From Candidatus Latescibacterota bacterium (GTDB taxonomy: Bacteria > Latescibacterota > UBA2968): a stretch of DNA of 64,000 nt. Made by a program: the position numbers and the translations under genes. The DNA lies in NCBI GenBank assembly GCA_965198115.1, contig OZ240241.1, forward strand, positions 6,656,001 through 6,720,000. Reading direction: 5' to 3'. A model generated the notes under the pieces. It was not told the DNA's origin and ran no database searches. It worked only from the letters and a program-made list of their open reading frames with translations. How positions within the stretch are numbered: the stretch's first letter is position 1; every line of letters begins with the position of its first letter. This document shows positions 50,099-60,931 of this stretch, piece after piece.

Positions 50099-50400
50099 TT
50101 ACGAAGGTAGAAGTGCATTGATGTCCAGGCTTGCTTGTTCGAGCATGCCAGCGATTCGATGCCGAAAGGTTGGATGCTCTTCCGTTTTTCCGACCGCCCA
50201 GAGCGCGATATCGACTCGTCTCGAGGCCATGAACAGGTCGAGATAGGCGAGCTGGTTCTCAGGCAGAGCGTGTAGAGTTGTGACACCACCAGCCCGAATC
50301 TACTCGATGATATACAAACCGCCCTGCTTCTGTTTCGAAGGCTCGGCCTGTTCACTCGAGTGGTCCATCGTGAGGCAGCTGTTTCTGGTCATCTTCAGTT
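50099..50400 (-). pseudogene. Possible degraded gene fragment
   Basis: Protein-like frame ..QLAYLDLFMASRRVDIALWAV..LPS* with an upstream in-frame TAG; vaguely like a phosphotransferase C-terminus. Confidence 0.25.
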
Positions 50401-50430
50401 TCCAAACGACCCTCACCTTCATCGTTCTGT

Positions 50431-51060
50431 CTATTGCCCGTTCACGCCATCGAGGAAGACATCGGTGTTACGAGCGCGAAGTCGATCGAGTACGAAGGGT
50501 ATTCTCGTATCGTGCCCGGGCGACAGGGGTGGTAGTTCCTCGCGCGTGAAGAACCCGACCTCCGATGCTTCGTTCGATGTGACGGGGTCTGGATCGTCGG
50601 CTTTCATCAGAAAAAAGTAGTGGAGCAGGTGGACCTTGGAGCGTCCAGGCCAGATGCGCGAGTCGAAGACGCCCAACAACCGTTCGACATCCGCCTCGAC
50701 GCCGACTTCCTCTAGTAACTCTCTCTTAACTGCCTCGACAATGGTCTCTCCCGTTTCCGCGACGCCTCCGGGCACACACCAGAGTCCGTTGTCGGTTCTT
50801 TTCATGAGTAGGACGTTTCCGTCACGCAACACGAGCGATTCGACGCCGGCGACCGGGCTGACGTGGAGCAGATTGTCGTCGTAGATCTTTCGGACCTCTT
50901 CGGCGCTCCGGTTCTCGAGAAGGCTCACGATGCGGGCGCTGATGTCCAGAATCTTGTGGTAACGATCGACCGTGTAGACATCCCTGTCGAATCGCAATCC
51001 CATTGTGGCAATTGCCCTCAGTTCATCGGCCATCACATAGAGTTGGTCGGTTTTTGTCAT
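50431..51060 (-). CDS. NUDIX hydrolase with Nudix_N domain
   Basis: LRAIATMGL..DVY..DRY; Nudix box GGVAETGETIVEAVKRELLEEVG. Confidence 0.9.
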   Translation of the reverse strand: MTKTDQLYVMADELRAIATMGLRFDRDVYTVDRYHKILDISARIVSLLENRSAEEVRKIYDDNLLHVSPVAGVESLVLRDGNVLLMKRTDNGLWCVPGGVAETGETIVEAVKRELLEEVGVEADVERLLGVFDSRIWPGRSKVHLLHYFFLMKADDPDPVTSNEASEVGFFTREELPPLSPGHDTRIPFVLDRLRARNTDVFLDGVNGQ

Positions 51061-51188
51061 CCTCATGTCCATGTACGTGTCACGCAGGGAACACCCGCAG
51101 CATCGAGTAGCCCGCGACTGCGCTCGCAACGGGCTCCGTCACGGATGGAGACCCGATGAAAAGTAAGATGGAAGGGGGAGCTATCCTG

Positions 51189-52022
51189 TCAGTTCCGTTG
51201 ATCGTTATCGAGATCGAGCAGGTCCTGCGGTAAGTCCAAAGCCTCCAGAACACTCGCGATGACGGCTCGAATGGAGAGCGACAGGTCCAGCTCGCTTGCA
51301 GCCGTGTAGACGGGTTGGTGCGCGTCGATCAAGGCGACGCTCGGGGTGCCCAGACGGGTTTTCAGGTAATCGATACACGGTTGTACGTGTTCGACGTAGA
51401 AGTCGTAGCGACGGTCCAGGGCTTCATCCGTGTCGTCGGCCCTGCCTCGCACACGGGCGCGAGACTTCATTTCAGCCTTCGTGATGGAGAGGTGGAGGAC
51501 CTTGATCACGCCGATGTCGAGATCGGAGAAGAGGTCGAGGAGGCTTTCCGCCGCTTTTGTCGTACGAGGATATCCGTCGAGGATGAAGATGGTTTCGTGG
51601 AGTTCCTGTGCCTCTCGGAGACGGGCTTCGACAAGACTTTCGGCCCAATCGTCCGGCACGAGAAGCCCAGCACGAACGCAGTATCGGAGCCATTCGAACT
51701 GAGTGAGATCGTTTTCATCGAGTGACGGGTCGGAGGTGGCGTAGCGTCTGACTTTATCGATGAGATGGGAGTCGTTGTGACGTGGATCGATGACGGAGAC
51801 CGTATCGCTGATGCCGCTTCGATCTGCCAACAGCTTACGAGCACCCTCGTCGGCATCTGCCTCTCGAATGGACTCCCGTAACACGTCCCCCATGGAGATG
51901 TGATTCGACGCGGACAACGTGAGAAAGCCTCGAAGGGCCCTGGCGATCTCGCCTTTCCCGCAGCTGGACGGGCCCGTCAGCAGGATAGCGCCCTGTCTGA
52001 ACCCGCCTACTCTTCCTCCCAT
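51189..52022 (-). CDS. Adenylate-kinase-like nucleoside monophosphate kinase with insertion
   Basis: GPSSCGKG, HISMGDVLR, GLLVPD, ILDGYPRT, RGRADD. Confidence 0.8.
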   Translation of the reverse strand: MGGRVGGFRQGAILLTGPSSCGKGEIARALRGFLTLSASNHISMGDVLRESIREADADEGARKLLADRSGISDTVSVIDPRHNDSHLIDKVRRYATSDPSLDENDLTQFEWLRYCVRAGLLVPDDWAESLVEARLREAQELHETIFILDGYPRTTKAAESLLDLFSDLDIGVIKVLHLSITKAEMKSRARVRGRADDTDEALDRRYDFYVEHVQPCIDYLKTRLGTPSVALIDAHQPVYTAASELDLSLSIRAVIASVLEALDLPQDLLDLDNDQRN

Positions 52023-52732
52023 CAACCGAGGATCTCGGAGATGCTGCTGATCACGCGATCGGGTTTCACGGTGCTGGTGGAGGGCAGACCCCTGTCTGCT
52101 GCATCCACCCAGACGGCGAAGATCCCAAGGTTCTGAGGCACTTCGACCTCCCATTCCAGGTTGTCGCCCACCATCCAGCAATCTTCCGGTTCCACGCTCA
52201 GTTTCTTCATTGCTTGGCGATACACGCGTTCGTCCGGTTTTCCGATGCCGAATTCGCCCTCGATGAGGATGTAGTCGAAGAAATCCGCCAACCCGAACTG
52301 GTCGATCTTCTTCCGTTGTGCTTGCTCGCTGCCGTTCGTAATGAGGGCCATTCGGACGCCTTTCTCCTTGAGTTCGTGGAGCGTCTCGATGGCACCGGGG
52401 AAGGGATGGACACTTTCCCTCTCGATGCTGTAGGTATCGGCGATTTCGTGTGCAACCACAGGGTCGTCGATTTGCAGGTTCTGGAGTGCGGCCAGGACGA
52501 TGTCGCGTCTGGCCTTCGGTAGATCGAGTCGGCCCCGTCGGTGTCGTTCGGGGTCGTCCCAGAACCAGTTTCGGCTGGTATCGATGGCGTTGTACAGGTC
52601 TTCCGGCGTGGGCCCCTTGAGTCGGGGTGCAAAATTCTCGCAGATGCGACGCCAGGTAGGGTCAGCGCTCTGGGTGAAGGCGAGGATGGTGTCGTCGAGG
52701 TCGAACAGGATGGCTTTGGGAAGATGGATCAT
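52022..52732 (-). CDS. HAD-superfamily hydrolase (YjjG-like)
   Basis: FDLDDT, ITNG, GKPD, MVGDNLEWE. Confidence 0.9.
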   Translation of the reverse strand: MIHLPKAILFDLDDTILAFTQSADPTWRRICENFAPRLKGPTPEDLYNAIDTSRNWFWDDPERHRRGRLDLPKARRDIVLAALQNLQIDDPVVAHEIADTYSIERESVHPFPGAIETLHELKEKGVRMALITNGSEQAQRKKIDQFGLADFFDYILIEGEFGIGKPDERVYRQAMKKLSVEPEDCWMVGDNLEWEVEVPQNLGIFAVWVDAADRGLPSTSTVKPDRVISSISEILG

Positions 52733-52944
52733 TCTGCGCTGGCTGTGGTCGGGTCAACAATGCCTGACGAGTCAATTTGGATGTGGGTCCTCACTCGCGG
52801 GTGAAGGTTCTTGTTGCTCGTCCTTTCCTTCAGGAGGGGGGGATTGACGACGTCTCCGACGTCTCCGACGCCTGGCCTCCTCTTCACGACGAATCTGCAG
52901 GTAGGCAACGATACCGGCGGGCATAGTGTTTCCCTCCTGTGATC

Positions 52945-53672
52945 CTAGTCCCCTGCTGTCGTAGTCAGCTTTGACTGGAAGTATGGTAGTAGATCGGGCC
53001 TCGCGAGGACGCGGTTTGCCACGGTGTCCGGATCCTTCCCGGTCCTGACGACCTTGACTGTCGTAAGCCCGACTGCATTCCCACCTTCAATATCGGCTAC
53101 TTCGCTGTCTCCAACCATCAAGACGTGTTGGCTCGCTTTCACACCCAGGCCATCGAGTGCGATCTTGAAGATGTCCGGATCCGGTTTGCGGCATCCAACA
53201 GCGCTCGACCAGATTCTGAGGGGGAAGAAGCCGGCCAGACCTTTGCGTCGCAGATCGGATTCGAAGATTTCGACAGGGCCGGATACGTTGGACACCAACG
53301 CGAGGCGTATGTCGGACTCTTGAAGATAAGTCAGGAGCGGGATGCTGTAAGGTGCGATCCTACACTGGCTGACGAACCGTTGCAGATGTGCACGACAGAG
53401 ACGGTCGACGTCGGCCGGGTCGAGATCGAGTCTGTGTTGATCTGTCGCGCGCTGCCAGAGATCCAGTGATTGTGGCTGTTCCGTTGAGCGTTGCGCGTAG
53501 AGGCGAGCAATCGACCAGTCGATCTCTTCGCCCAGGCTCGTGAGGAGCCTGACATTCAGGCCCAGTTCGATCGAGAGAGCGTGTGGGCGAGGTCGATCAT
53601 CGAACTGACGAGTGACGCACTCTCTGTGAGCGTGTTTCCCAGATCGAACAGGATGGCGTCGATGTGTGACAT
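52945..53672 (-). CDS. HAD-superfamily hydrolase; frameshift ~53570
   Basis: MSHIDAILFDLGNTL in one frame; LVSN, RKPDP, MVGDSEVADIEG in another. Confidence 0.75.
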
Positions 53673-53686
53673 AGCATTCCGTAATG

Positions 53687-56161
53687 CTATTCGTCTCTCA
53701 AGTTCCTTGCCGGGTCGACGCGCAAGGCTCGAACCGTGTGGACGGATACGGTGACGAATGCAGTGATCAGACAGATCGCGATGGCCACCGCGAAGGGGAC
53801 GAGACCGAGGTCGATTCGATGGGTGTATGAATCGAGCCAGCTTCGGCTCAGGGAGAGCGCGATCGGGACCGAGACGGCTCCAGCGACGAGTACCAACACG
53901 ATGTACTCGCGGGTCAGGAGTTGCAAGAGCTGCCCCGGTTTTGCACCCAGCACCTTTCGAATGCTGACCTCCTTCGTGCGGCGACTGACGAGAAACGCTG
54001 CGAGTCCGAAGATGCCAATGATCGAGAGAAACACTGCCACAGAGGAGAACGTTCTGAGCATTTCCCTGTGTTCGATTTCACCGCGATACAATGCCTCGAT
54101 CTGCTGGTCGAGGAATACGTATTCGAAGGGACGTTTAGGCAGATAACTCTTCCAGACCTCCTCGAGCCCGGCCATCGTGCCGGAAAGGTCGTGAGCTTGG
54201 ATCTTGAGATACACGTTTTTGAGATTCCGCCACGCTGGGATCAGGACCAGTGGTTTCGTGTCTTCCTGTAGTGTTCCCAGGTGAAGATCTTCTACGACAC
54301 CGATTACCGGTCCATTCTTGACGATCCACGGCGTCCACTCGATCCGTTTCCCAACCGCTTCGTGTCCAGTCCATCCGAACTCTCGTGCGGCCGTTTCCGT
54401 CAGAATAAAATCCATCTCCCCATCCCTGCCCCACTGTTTGATAAGATTCCCGGAGAATCCGCGGCCGGCCACGAGCTCGATCTCCAGTGTGCGGAGAAAG
54501 TCCTCATCGATCCCGATGAAACGGAGGATCCGATCCTTCTTCATCTCGGCGTCGGGGGAACGAAAGGCATATGCACTGTAGCTGGACAGAGGGAATCGAG
54601 TAGCTGTCGCCGAGGTCACGCCCGGCACGGAAAGAAAGCGCTGCTTAACCGCGGCGTATTGAGCTTTGAGGTCCACGCCATAGCCACCCCAGGTTTTCGA
54701 TTCGATGGCTCGTAGAAAGAGTGGGAGGCCGACGACCTGGTCCCTGTTCAGCCCGATGTCGCGAGTCGTCAGGTGGTCGACTTGCCGCGTCACGATGAGG
54801 GTCAGTGCAATCAGCGTGGCGGAAACCATGAATTGAAACGCCGTTAGTACGCGCCGTAGACCGACTCCTCCTCCTCGTATCGTCTGAGTTCCCCGCATCG
54901 CTGTCACAGGCTCGATCCTCGAAAGGACGATGGCGGGAAAAAGCCCCGCCAGAAGTCCGATTGACACCGATCCGGAGAGGGCTGCAATGATGAATGTAGG
55001 CGTGACGACAGAGCGAAAGTCTGCGGGGGAAGGGGCGAGGACCTGCATCTGCCCGCGACCAATGACGATCAGACCCACGGCGATGACGAGCGCGATCAGG
55101 GAGAGGAGGACGGACTCTGACAGGAACTGGAAGATCAGACGGCTTCTCTCCGCACCAGATGCCTTGCGAACGCCGACTTCCTTCGTGCGCAACGAGGCGC
55201 GAGCTGTGGCAAGGTTCACGAAGTTTGCCACAGCGATCAGAAGGATGAGCACAGAGATCGTTACCGCGCCGGAGATTCGGTTCGCGTTACCATACTGGAA
55301 CGGGTCACCGGCGAGAAGACGTGGATGGGAAATGCCGAAGTCGCTCCTGGAGTAGAGATAGATGCGATCGATCGACTGCAGGTGATAGGCGCTGATCGAC
55401 GCGATCCTGGCTCCCATGTGCGTGCGGATGATTGGCTGGATGTTCGACACGAACGTGTCGAGATCGATTTCCGGCCGAAGACAGACGTACGTCTCGATGT
55501 ACCTGCTTGCGGATGGACCTATCCACGTTTCCCACCGGCGGAAAGGCCGTCCGAGAGTGGACTCTGTCGCCATTACGTCGAAGCCGAGACTCATGTTTCG
55601 CGGTATGCGGACTACTGCGGCAATGCGATAGACGCCCTCCAGCCCTTCGAACCCGATCTGAATCTCCTTCCCAATCGGATCTTCAGCCCCGAAAAGCCGC
55701 TCGGAGAAACGGTCGGATATGACGACGGCTGAGACCTCCTTCAGAAACGATTCCTTGTCGCCTTTGACGAGTTCGAACGCGAAAGTGTCGAACAGGTTGT
55801 CTTCGGCAAGGCAGAACAGTCCCTGGTCCCCGTGTTTGCCGGCCCCGAAGAACATTCTTCTCCTGAAAAACCGGGTAACGGAAACCACTTCGGGATGTTC
55901 CTCACGGAATACGTCCGTGAGCCCACCTGACGAGTGAACATCGTAGCGGTCTCCGCCGTCATGCTGTTTCATCGAGCGGATGATGCGGTAGACGTTGCTC
56001 GTGTCTCCGAGTTGGGTGTTGAAGCTCAACTCCCAGAGCGATTGAACGGCAACGAGCATAGAGATTGCGAATGCGATCGCCAGACCGGCCGTGCTGATGC
56101 CGGTTGCCGTCAGGTTACGGCTCATCGATCGAATCGCGATGGTCAGGTAATTACGCAGCAT
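53687..56161 (-). CDS. ABC transporter permease (duplicated MacB/FtsX)
   Basis: MLRNYLTIAIR, NFVNLATAR..KEVGVRK..GA, QFLSES, RRTKEVSIRKVLGA, DPARNLRDE. Confidence 0.92.
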   Translation of the reverse strand: MLRNYLTIAIRSMSRNLTATGISTAGLAIAFAISMLVAVQSLWELSFNTQLGDTSNVYRIIRSMKQHDGGDRYDVHSSGGLTDVFREEHPEVVSVTRFFRRRMFFGAGKHGDQGLFCLAEDNLFDTFAFELVKGDKESFLKEVSAVVISDRFSERLFGAEDPIGKEIQIGFEGLEGVYRIAAVVRIPRNMSLGFDVMATESTLGRPFRRWETWIGPSASRYIETYVCLRPEIDLDTFVSNIQPIIRTHMGARIASISAYHLQSIDRIYLYSRSDFGISHPRLLAGDPFQYGNANRISGAVTISVLILLIAVANFVNLATARASLRTKEVGVRKASGAERSRLIFQFLSESVLLSLIALVIAVGLIVIGRGQMQVLAPSPADFRSVVTPTFIIAALSGSVSIGLLAGLFPAIVLSRIEPVTAMRGTQTIRGGGVGLRRVLTAFQFMVSATLIALTLIVTRQVDHLTTRDIGLNRDQVVGLPLFLRAIESKTWGGYGVDLKAQYAAVKQRFLSVPGVTSATATRFPLSSYSAYAFRSPDAEMKKDRILRFIGIDEDFLRTLEIELVAGRGFSGNLIKQWGRDGEMDFILTETAAREFGWTGHEAVGKRIEWTPWIVKNGPVIGVVEDLHLGTLQEDTKPLVLIPAWRNLKNVYLKIQAHDLSGTMAGLEEVWKSYLPKRPFEYVFLDQQIEALYRGEIEHREMLRTFSSVAVFLSIIGIFGLAAFLVSRRTKEVSIRKVLGAKPGQLLQLLTREYIVLVLVAGAVSVPIALSLSRSWLDSYTHRIDLGLVPFAVAIAICLITAFVTVSVHTVRALRVDPARNLRDE

Positions 56162-56374
56162 GTTTTTCGCTCACAGGCTCGAGCAGGTCACCACTCCGAA
56201 GGGTCTGAACGGTTCGGCCGTCTTGACAGCATCAGGGATACGCTCTGCGAAGCCTTCCCAACGTGCTCTCCATCGTGCAGAGATGTTTCCCGGCGATCTG
56301 TACCGCAATCAGCCATAGCGGCGATAGGTCATTGGGAGAGAAGGGCAGACAGATGGGGTCGAGGCAAGATCGCG

Positions 56375-56479
56375 CTACTCGTCTCTCAGATTCCTAGCGG
56401 GATCGACGCGCAAGGCTCGAACCGTGTGCACGGACACGGTGGCGAATGCGGTGACCAGGCAGATGGCGATGGCCGCCGT
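56375..56479 (-). pseudogene. 3' remnant of a paralogous MacB/FtsX permease
   Basis: Encodes TAAIAICLVTAFATVSVHTVRALRVDPARNLRDE*, nearly identical to the C-terminus at 53687-53790. Confidence 0.85.
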
Positions 56480-56483
56480 GGAT

Positions 56484-56940
56484 TGGACGGGCTTGCGGTA
56501 CGTGTTCAGGAAGGATGCTGAACTGTTCCTACACACTGCGGATCAGGTGAATCAAATGTTCGCAGACGTTCGGGATGTAGCCCGTTTCGAGGATGATATC
56601 GGAACACATCGTGAGGTAGAGGGAGACCAGGAGGATCAGATAGCAATGTGCGGTCTGTCTTTCCCGACGTGTCCTGAACTGGAACATCACGCCACGTCTT
56701 CGGCTGCGGGTGCTATTTTGATTTGGTGTAGCAAGAGATAGTGCCCCTTGGCGTATTGGAGAAATCCCGATCAATATGAACGAAAAATCGACTCATTGCC
56801 ACTGGAGGAAAAAGACGAGATTGTGGGTCTTTTCAATCGCCGAGGGGGATCGGACTTCGTGCGCGCCACCGTTCGTCCCTCGATATGGAGATTCGAAGAC
56901 CTCGTGTGGGCAACGGCAAGGTCTGTCCCGATGCTCCTAC
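56484..56940 (+). pseudogene. Degraded hypothetical gene
   Basis: Protein-like frame (YVFRKDAELF..YWRNPDQYERKIDSLP..) interrupted by TAG at 56739-56741. Confidence 0.3.
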
Positions 56941-57204
56941 TCGGGATGAACGGTGACTATCCGATCTCAAAAGCGCCCCCTTCCCATCGGCGCGAGCTTC
57001 AGGAAAGGGGGCTACAAGTCCCGCCAATGGAGACTCGCTGCTACTTTGACAGCGCGGTCGTTGCTGAAGTTTCGCGAAGCCCTATGCTGTGGCTCCGTGG
57101 TCCCTCAGAATTTGGGCAATGTCGTCGTGGCCATCTTTCAGTCCAGGCGAGTGGGGTTGACCAAGACTCTTCGTCGGGGAGATTGACCGCGGCGCCTTCT
57201 TTTG

Positions 57205-57475
57205 AGGGAACGCGGAACCGGGCGGAGTCGTTGAACCCTCGTAGTGTTTTCGTCTATCGGCACGGAAGTCTGTTCGTTTCAGACTCGGAATTCCACAGCG
57301 TGCGAAAGGTCGATGCCCTGACGGGCATAAATCGAAACGGTAGCCGGAGACGGTTTCTTGGATGGGTTTCTGAACGGTCGTTACAATGGAGATGGAGGTT
57401 TCGCGACGGAGTCCAGTCTATCGACGCCTAATGGAATCTTTGTCGATCTGCAGGGGAATCTTTACATCGCGAGCA
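57205..57475 (+). pseudogene. NHL-repeat (beta-propeller) gene remnant
   Basis: LNPRSVFV..GSLFVSDSEFHSVRKVDALTG / IETVAGDG..NGDGGFATESSLSTPNGIFVDLQGNLYIA with frameshift ~57330. Confidence 0.7.
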
Positions 57476-57780
57476 GGGAAACTCGTAGTCACCGGGGCTG
57501 GTCCTGGGACCGATTTAGGTGAAGATGGAAAAGGTGTGTGTTCTGAAGGTGATCCAGAGATTTTGGCTAGCACGGGTAGACTCCAGCAAAGTGAGAGTTG
57601 AAGCAATACATTGTGTTAGACCCGTGGGACTCGAAGGGGGTTACAGCTCCCGCGCACGTTCCATTTCGATTTTTCGGGTTCAGGCCTTGACTCCGGTCCC
57701 AGAGGTCTGACCTTCCACCTCCTGGGGCAATAGCCTTCGCATAACTGAACCCGACCATGATTGGTGAAGAGGATACCTTA

Positions 57781-58761
57781 ATGCGAATCGCTGTTTTGGG
57801 TGCAGGGCGCATGGGCGTCAAGCACGCAGGTGCTTACCAGAAGATCGAGAGTGTCGATGTCGCGGGAATCGTGGGCAGGACGCCTAGCAAGGTTGAAACC
57901 GTATCGGCAGATCTCGGGATCCCGGGATGGACAGACCCCCTACGTGTTCTCGAAGACCCATCGATCGACGCGATCGACATCGCGGTGCCATCCGACCAGC
58001 ACAGGACATTTGCGGAGGCAGCGCTCTCTCAAGACAAGCACGTGTTTTGTGAAACGCCGATGGCGCTGTCGCTGGAAGATGCGGATGCCATCGTGGCCGC
58101 GGCCGATTCGAGCGACAAGGTTTTCGGCGTTGCCCTGTTGATGCGATTTGTCGCGGATATGGACTATGTCAGCCAGAGACTGGCGTCGGGCGATGCAGGT
58201 GCACCGATTTCCGCGGTCGGATGTCGTCTGTCGCCACCGTATTCTTCTGGAGGAGAGGACGAGCATTACGGGGATCCGATCATCGAGTTGATGCTGTTCG
58301 AGCTCGATGTTCTGGTTCGGCTGTTCGGGATGCCTTCCTCTTTGTCGGCAAGTTCTGCGCCGACAGGTTCGTTGGGGCACGTCTTTGCGACACTCGACTG
58401 GGGCGACTTTCACGTCCAGCTGGAAGCGACGAATCAGATGCCGGAGAGTCATCCATTCAGGACGTACTTCCGGCTGGTGTGCGAGAACGAAACGATCGAA
58501 TCGGAGTTCACGGTCAGGAACCAACGAGTTCGGTGGGGGACTCTACCGGTATCCGTCAACCGGTGAGCGGGAAAAGATCGAGATCGGGCACGATCCGTAT
58601 CAGGAAGAGTGCGAATACTCGTGCAGTGTGTTCGCGGCGAGGCGGATCCGGGGTTCATCAGTGCGGTCGAGGCGCGCAGGTCGATCGCTTTGACCTTCGC
58701 CGTTCGGGAATCCCTGGCGGATGGTGGTCGGCCTGTTTCCATCGACAAGACGCTTCAGTGA
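57781..58761 (+). CDS. Gfo/Idh/MocA oxidoreductase; two frameshifts (~58515, ~58618)
   Basis: MRIAVLGAGRMG, HVFCETPMA; shifted frames give HDPYQEECEY / VQCVRGEADPG..EARRSIALTFAVRES. Confidence 0.75.
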
Positions 58762-58771
58762 TCGCAAAACA

Positions 58772-59332
58772 TCATTCAGCCCTGGTCAGATACTGAACAA
58801 CCTCCGCGGCTGTTCGCGAGACGTCCAGGTCCACTTCGAAATAGGGCAGATCAAGCCGTTCGCATTCCGCCCTGAGGTCGACACTCCAGGAGATGAGACG
58901 TTCGACCTCCGCCATGGCGCGCTCATCATCGTATGTCTTGAGCCAGTCGTCGTGGTCCCCACCGAATTCTCGTATCTGATCGAACTTGGCTTGCGCATCT
59001 GATTCGGCGAATCCAAGAAAGCAGGCTTGGAAATCTCCTTGGTCAGCTTCGGCCAGCTCGACCACGAATTCGGGCAGAATCTGGGCGCCCTCGATCATGT
59101 AGTCCTTTTCATCCTGGAGCAGTGCGATGGCCATCGGCTTTACGGCAGGCCAAAGCTTCTCGCCCACGTCCCTCTCGTCTCCATCGGTGTCGACCCCGTG
59201 TTTGGGAAGCCCGATGGCGAATCCCATCATCAGATAGTCGAGGCAGAAGTAGGGGATACCCGTCCGCGCGAGGAACATACCGGCTGCCGTCGATTTGCCC
59301 GAACGCGCCGTTCCACCCAGTAGGTAGAGCAT
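58772..59332 (-). CDS. P-loop kinase (2-phosphoglycerate-kinase-like)
   Basis: MLYLLGGTARSGKST, LDYLMMG, IEGAQILP. Confidence 0.75.
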   Translation of the reverse strand: MLYLLGGTARSGKSTAAGMFLARTGIPYFCLDYLMMGFAIGLPKHGVDTDGDERDVGEKLWPAVKPMAIALLQDEKDYMIEGAQILPEFVVELAEADQGDFQACFLGFAESDAQAKFDQIREFGGDHDDWLKTYDDERAMAEVERLISWSVDLRAECERLDLPYFEVDLDVSRTAAEVVQYLTRAE

Positions 59333-59375
59333 GGATTCAGTCTCACGTGGTGAAGGGATCGAGGAGAAGGCGTGT

Positions 59376-60287
59376 TCAGCCCAGATCTTTGACGTAGGCG
59401 AATGATCGGTCCCCGACCCGATAGCCACTCTTCGTGTATAGGTCCACGGCCGCGTTGTTTTTCTTTCGAACGTTGAGGACCGCTTTCGTATAGCCTTCGG
59501 CCTTCATTTCCTGCAGGGCCGTGTGTAGTTGCTGTCGACCGTATCCACGTCTACGATACGGCTCTTTGACCCCAACCCACCGCGTGTAGCTGACCTGGCC
59601 GAGGGCCTCGATGTTCGCGTATCGAGAGCCCGACATGGACCGACACGTTCCGACCGGTTCGCCGTCGATGGACGCGACGACTCGAATGTTCGGTCGCCGA
59701 CCTTCGCCACGAGTTTTCTCGATGGCAATTTCGATTTCCGAATGATCCTCGGGTTCGGGCAGATCGTCGTCCAGGGTTCGTTCCATCGTAAACTGACAGT
59801 CGTGGGGCCGGTATCCTGATTCAATCAGCAGGTCGGAGATGTGCGCAAGGCATTCCGAGAGCATTCCGACCCGGTGGTTGTGGAACGCGTATCCGTGGAA
59901 GAGGGGAAAGGCATCGATCCGATCGCAACCGAGGTCTCCGAGGTCCCGCTCCGCAGTTTCGAGGAGTGCCTGACCTGCGGACGGCCGATCGGGCACGAAC
60001 GCGAGACATCGAACGATGCCGCACCGCATACCTTCTCCGTCGATCTCGACTCCGTCACCCACGCAGAGGTGCAGGAAGCCGACGAGTGAAGAATCGGCTA
60101 GGGCGACGAAGAGTTTCTGGCTCTCGCCGCTTGCATTGCACTCGTCATCCTCTTCATCGGGAGGGAGGCGACGAGCGAATTCATCGGGTTCGACCGCGTA
60201 GCAGAAAGGGGCCGCTGCGGTAGCCTCAGACCAGATCTCGCTCACGATGCCGGCTTCCGACAGCTCCCATTTCGTAATTTCGATCAC
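59376..60287 (-). CDS. Tandem GNAT acetyltransferase
   Basis: C-terminal VGVKEPYRRRGYG..NNAAVDLYTKSGY; N-terminal GNAT-like domain. Confidence 0.8.
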   Translation of the reverse strand: MIEITKWELSEAGIVSEIWSEATAAAPFCYAVEPDEFARRLPPDEEDDECNASGESQKLFVALADSSLVGFLHLCVGDGVEIDGEGMRCGIVRCLAFVPDRPSAGQALLETAERDLGDLGCDRIDAFPLFHGYAFHNHRVGMLSECLAHISDLLIESGYRPHDCQFTMERTLDDDLPEPEDHSEIEIAIEKTRGEGRRPNIRVVASIDGEPVGTCRSMSGSRYANIEALGQVSYTRWVGVKEPYRRRGYGRQQLHTALQEMKAEGYTKAVLNVRKKNNAAVDLYTKSGYRVGDRSFAYVKDLG

Positions 60288-60931
60288 GCGCTCGTTCCGT
60301 CGATCTGCAGAAGATGTGCAGTAATTTCGGCCCGACACGATTCCGAATCGCGCGAGACGGTTTCGAGGTCCAACCGCTCGTATGGCCAATCGGACAGAAT
60401 TGCGTCACTCACGTTTCTCAGTTTCTCAAAGTAGGCGATCAACGAGGCAGGGTTCTCGTCACCGCATCTCTCGGCTGCGAGGGACTCTGCCCATTTCACT
60501 CCGCGGTTCTCGATGGCACGATTCAATGCGATTCGCAGATCGCCGTGGAGAAAGATCAGGATCGGATTCAGCTCGCGCAGAAGGTGGGTCACACGATCGT
60601 TGAAAGTTCGGATGTCCTTAATCGAAGCGTTGGCGGAAGTAAGCCAATCCAAACACGGCAGGATCGAGTCTATCACGAACACGCTTTCAGATCGTGTGCA
60701 CTCATCGATGAATCGTTCACACGCGGTCAGGAGAACGATGTCGTTGTCCGCTCTACCGCTCTCGACCTCGCGTATGTAGGGGGCGAACGCATCGAGTTCG
60801 AGAGAGGCCTCTTCTCGAATCCACATCACAGGAACGTCGTTCTCTTTCAAGGTCTCGTGGACGAATGTCGCGATCGTCGATTTCCCGAGACCAGACCCCG
60901 CGCCGTAGATTAGGATCATCCTGTTGTTCAT
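60284..60931 (-). CDS. P-loop kinase (thymidylate-kinase-like)
   Basis: GAGSGLGKST, VIDS, LIFLHGD..ALNRA..RG. Confidence 0.7.
   Translation of the reverse strand: MNNRMILIYGAGSGLGKSTIATFVHETLKENDVPVMWIREEASLELDAFAPYIREVESGRADNDIVLLTACERFIDECTRSESVFVIDSILPCLDWLTSANASIKDIRTFNDRVTHLLRELNPILIFLHGDLRIALNRAIENRGVKWAESLAAERCGDENPASLIAYFEKLRNVSDAILSDWPYERLDLETVSRDSESCRAEITAHLLQIDGTSA

Noticed and set aside
51085-51130. Cobalamin riboswitch-like AGGGAA..GCCCGCGACTG
   Set aside because: Wrong strand relative to neighbouring genes and core elements missing
52848-52870. CGACGTCTC x2.5 direct repeat
   Set aside because: Too short and isolated to distinguish from chance duplication
53687-56479. Repeat pair 53687-53790 / 56375-56479 as a DGR variable/template repeat
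   Set aside because: Differences are mostly synonymous third-position changes, not adenine-specific, and no reverse transcriptase is present; paralog remnant fits better
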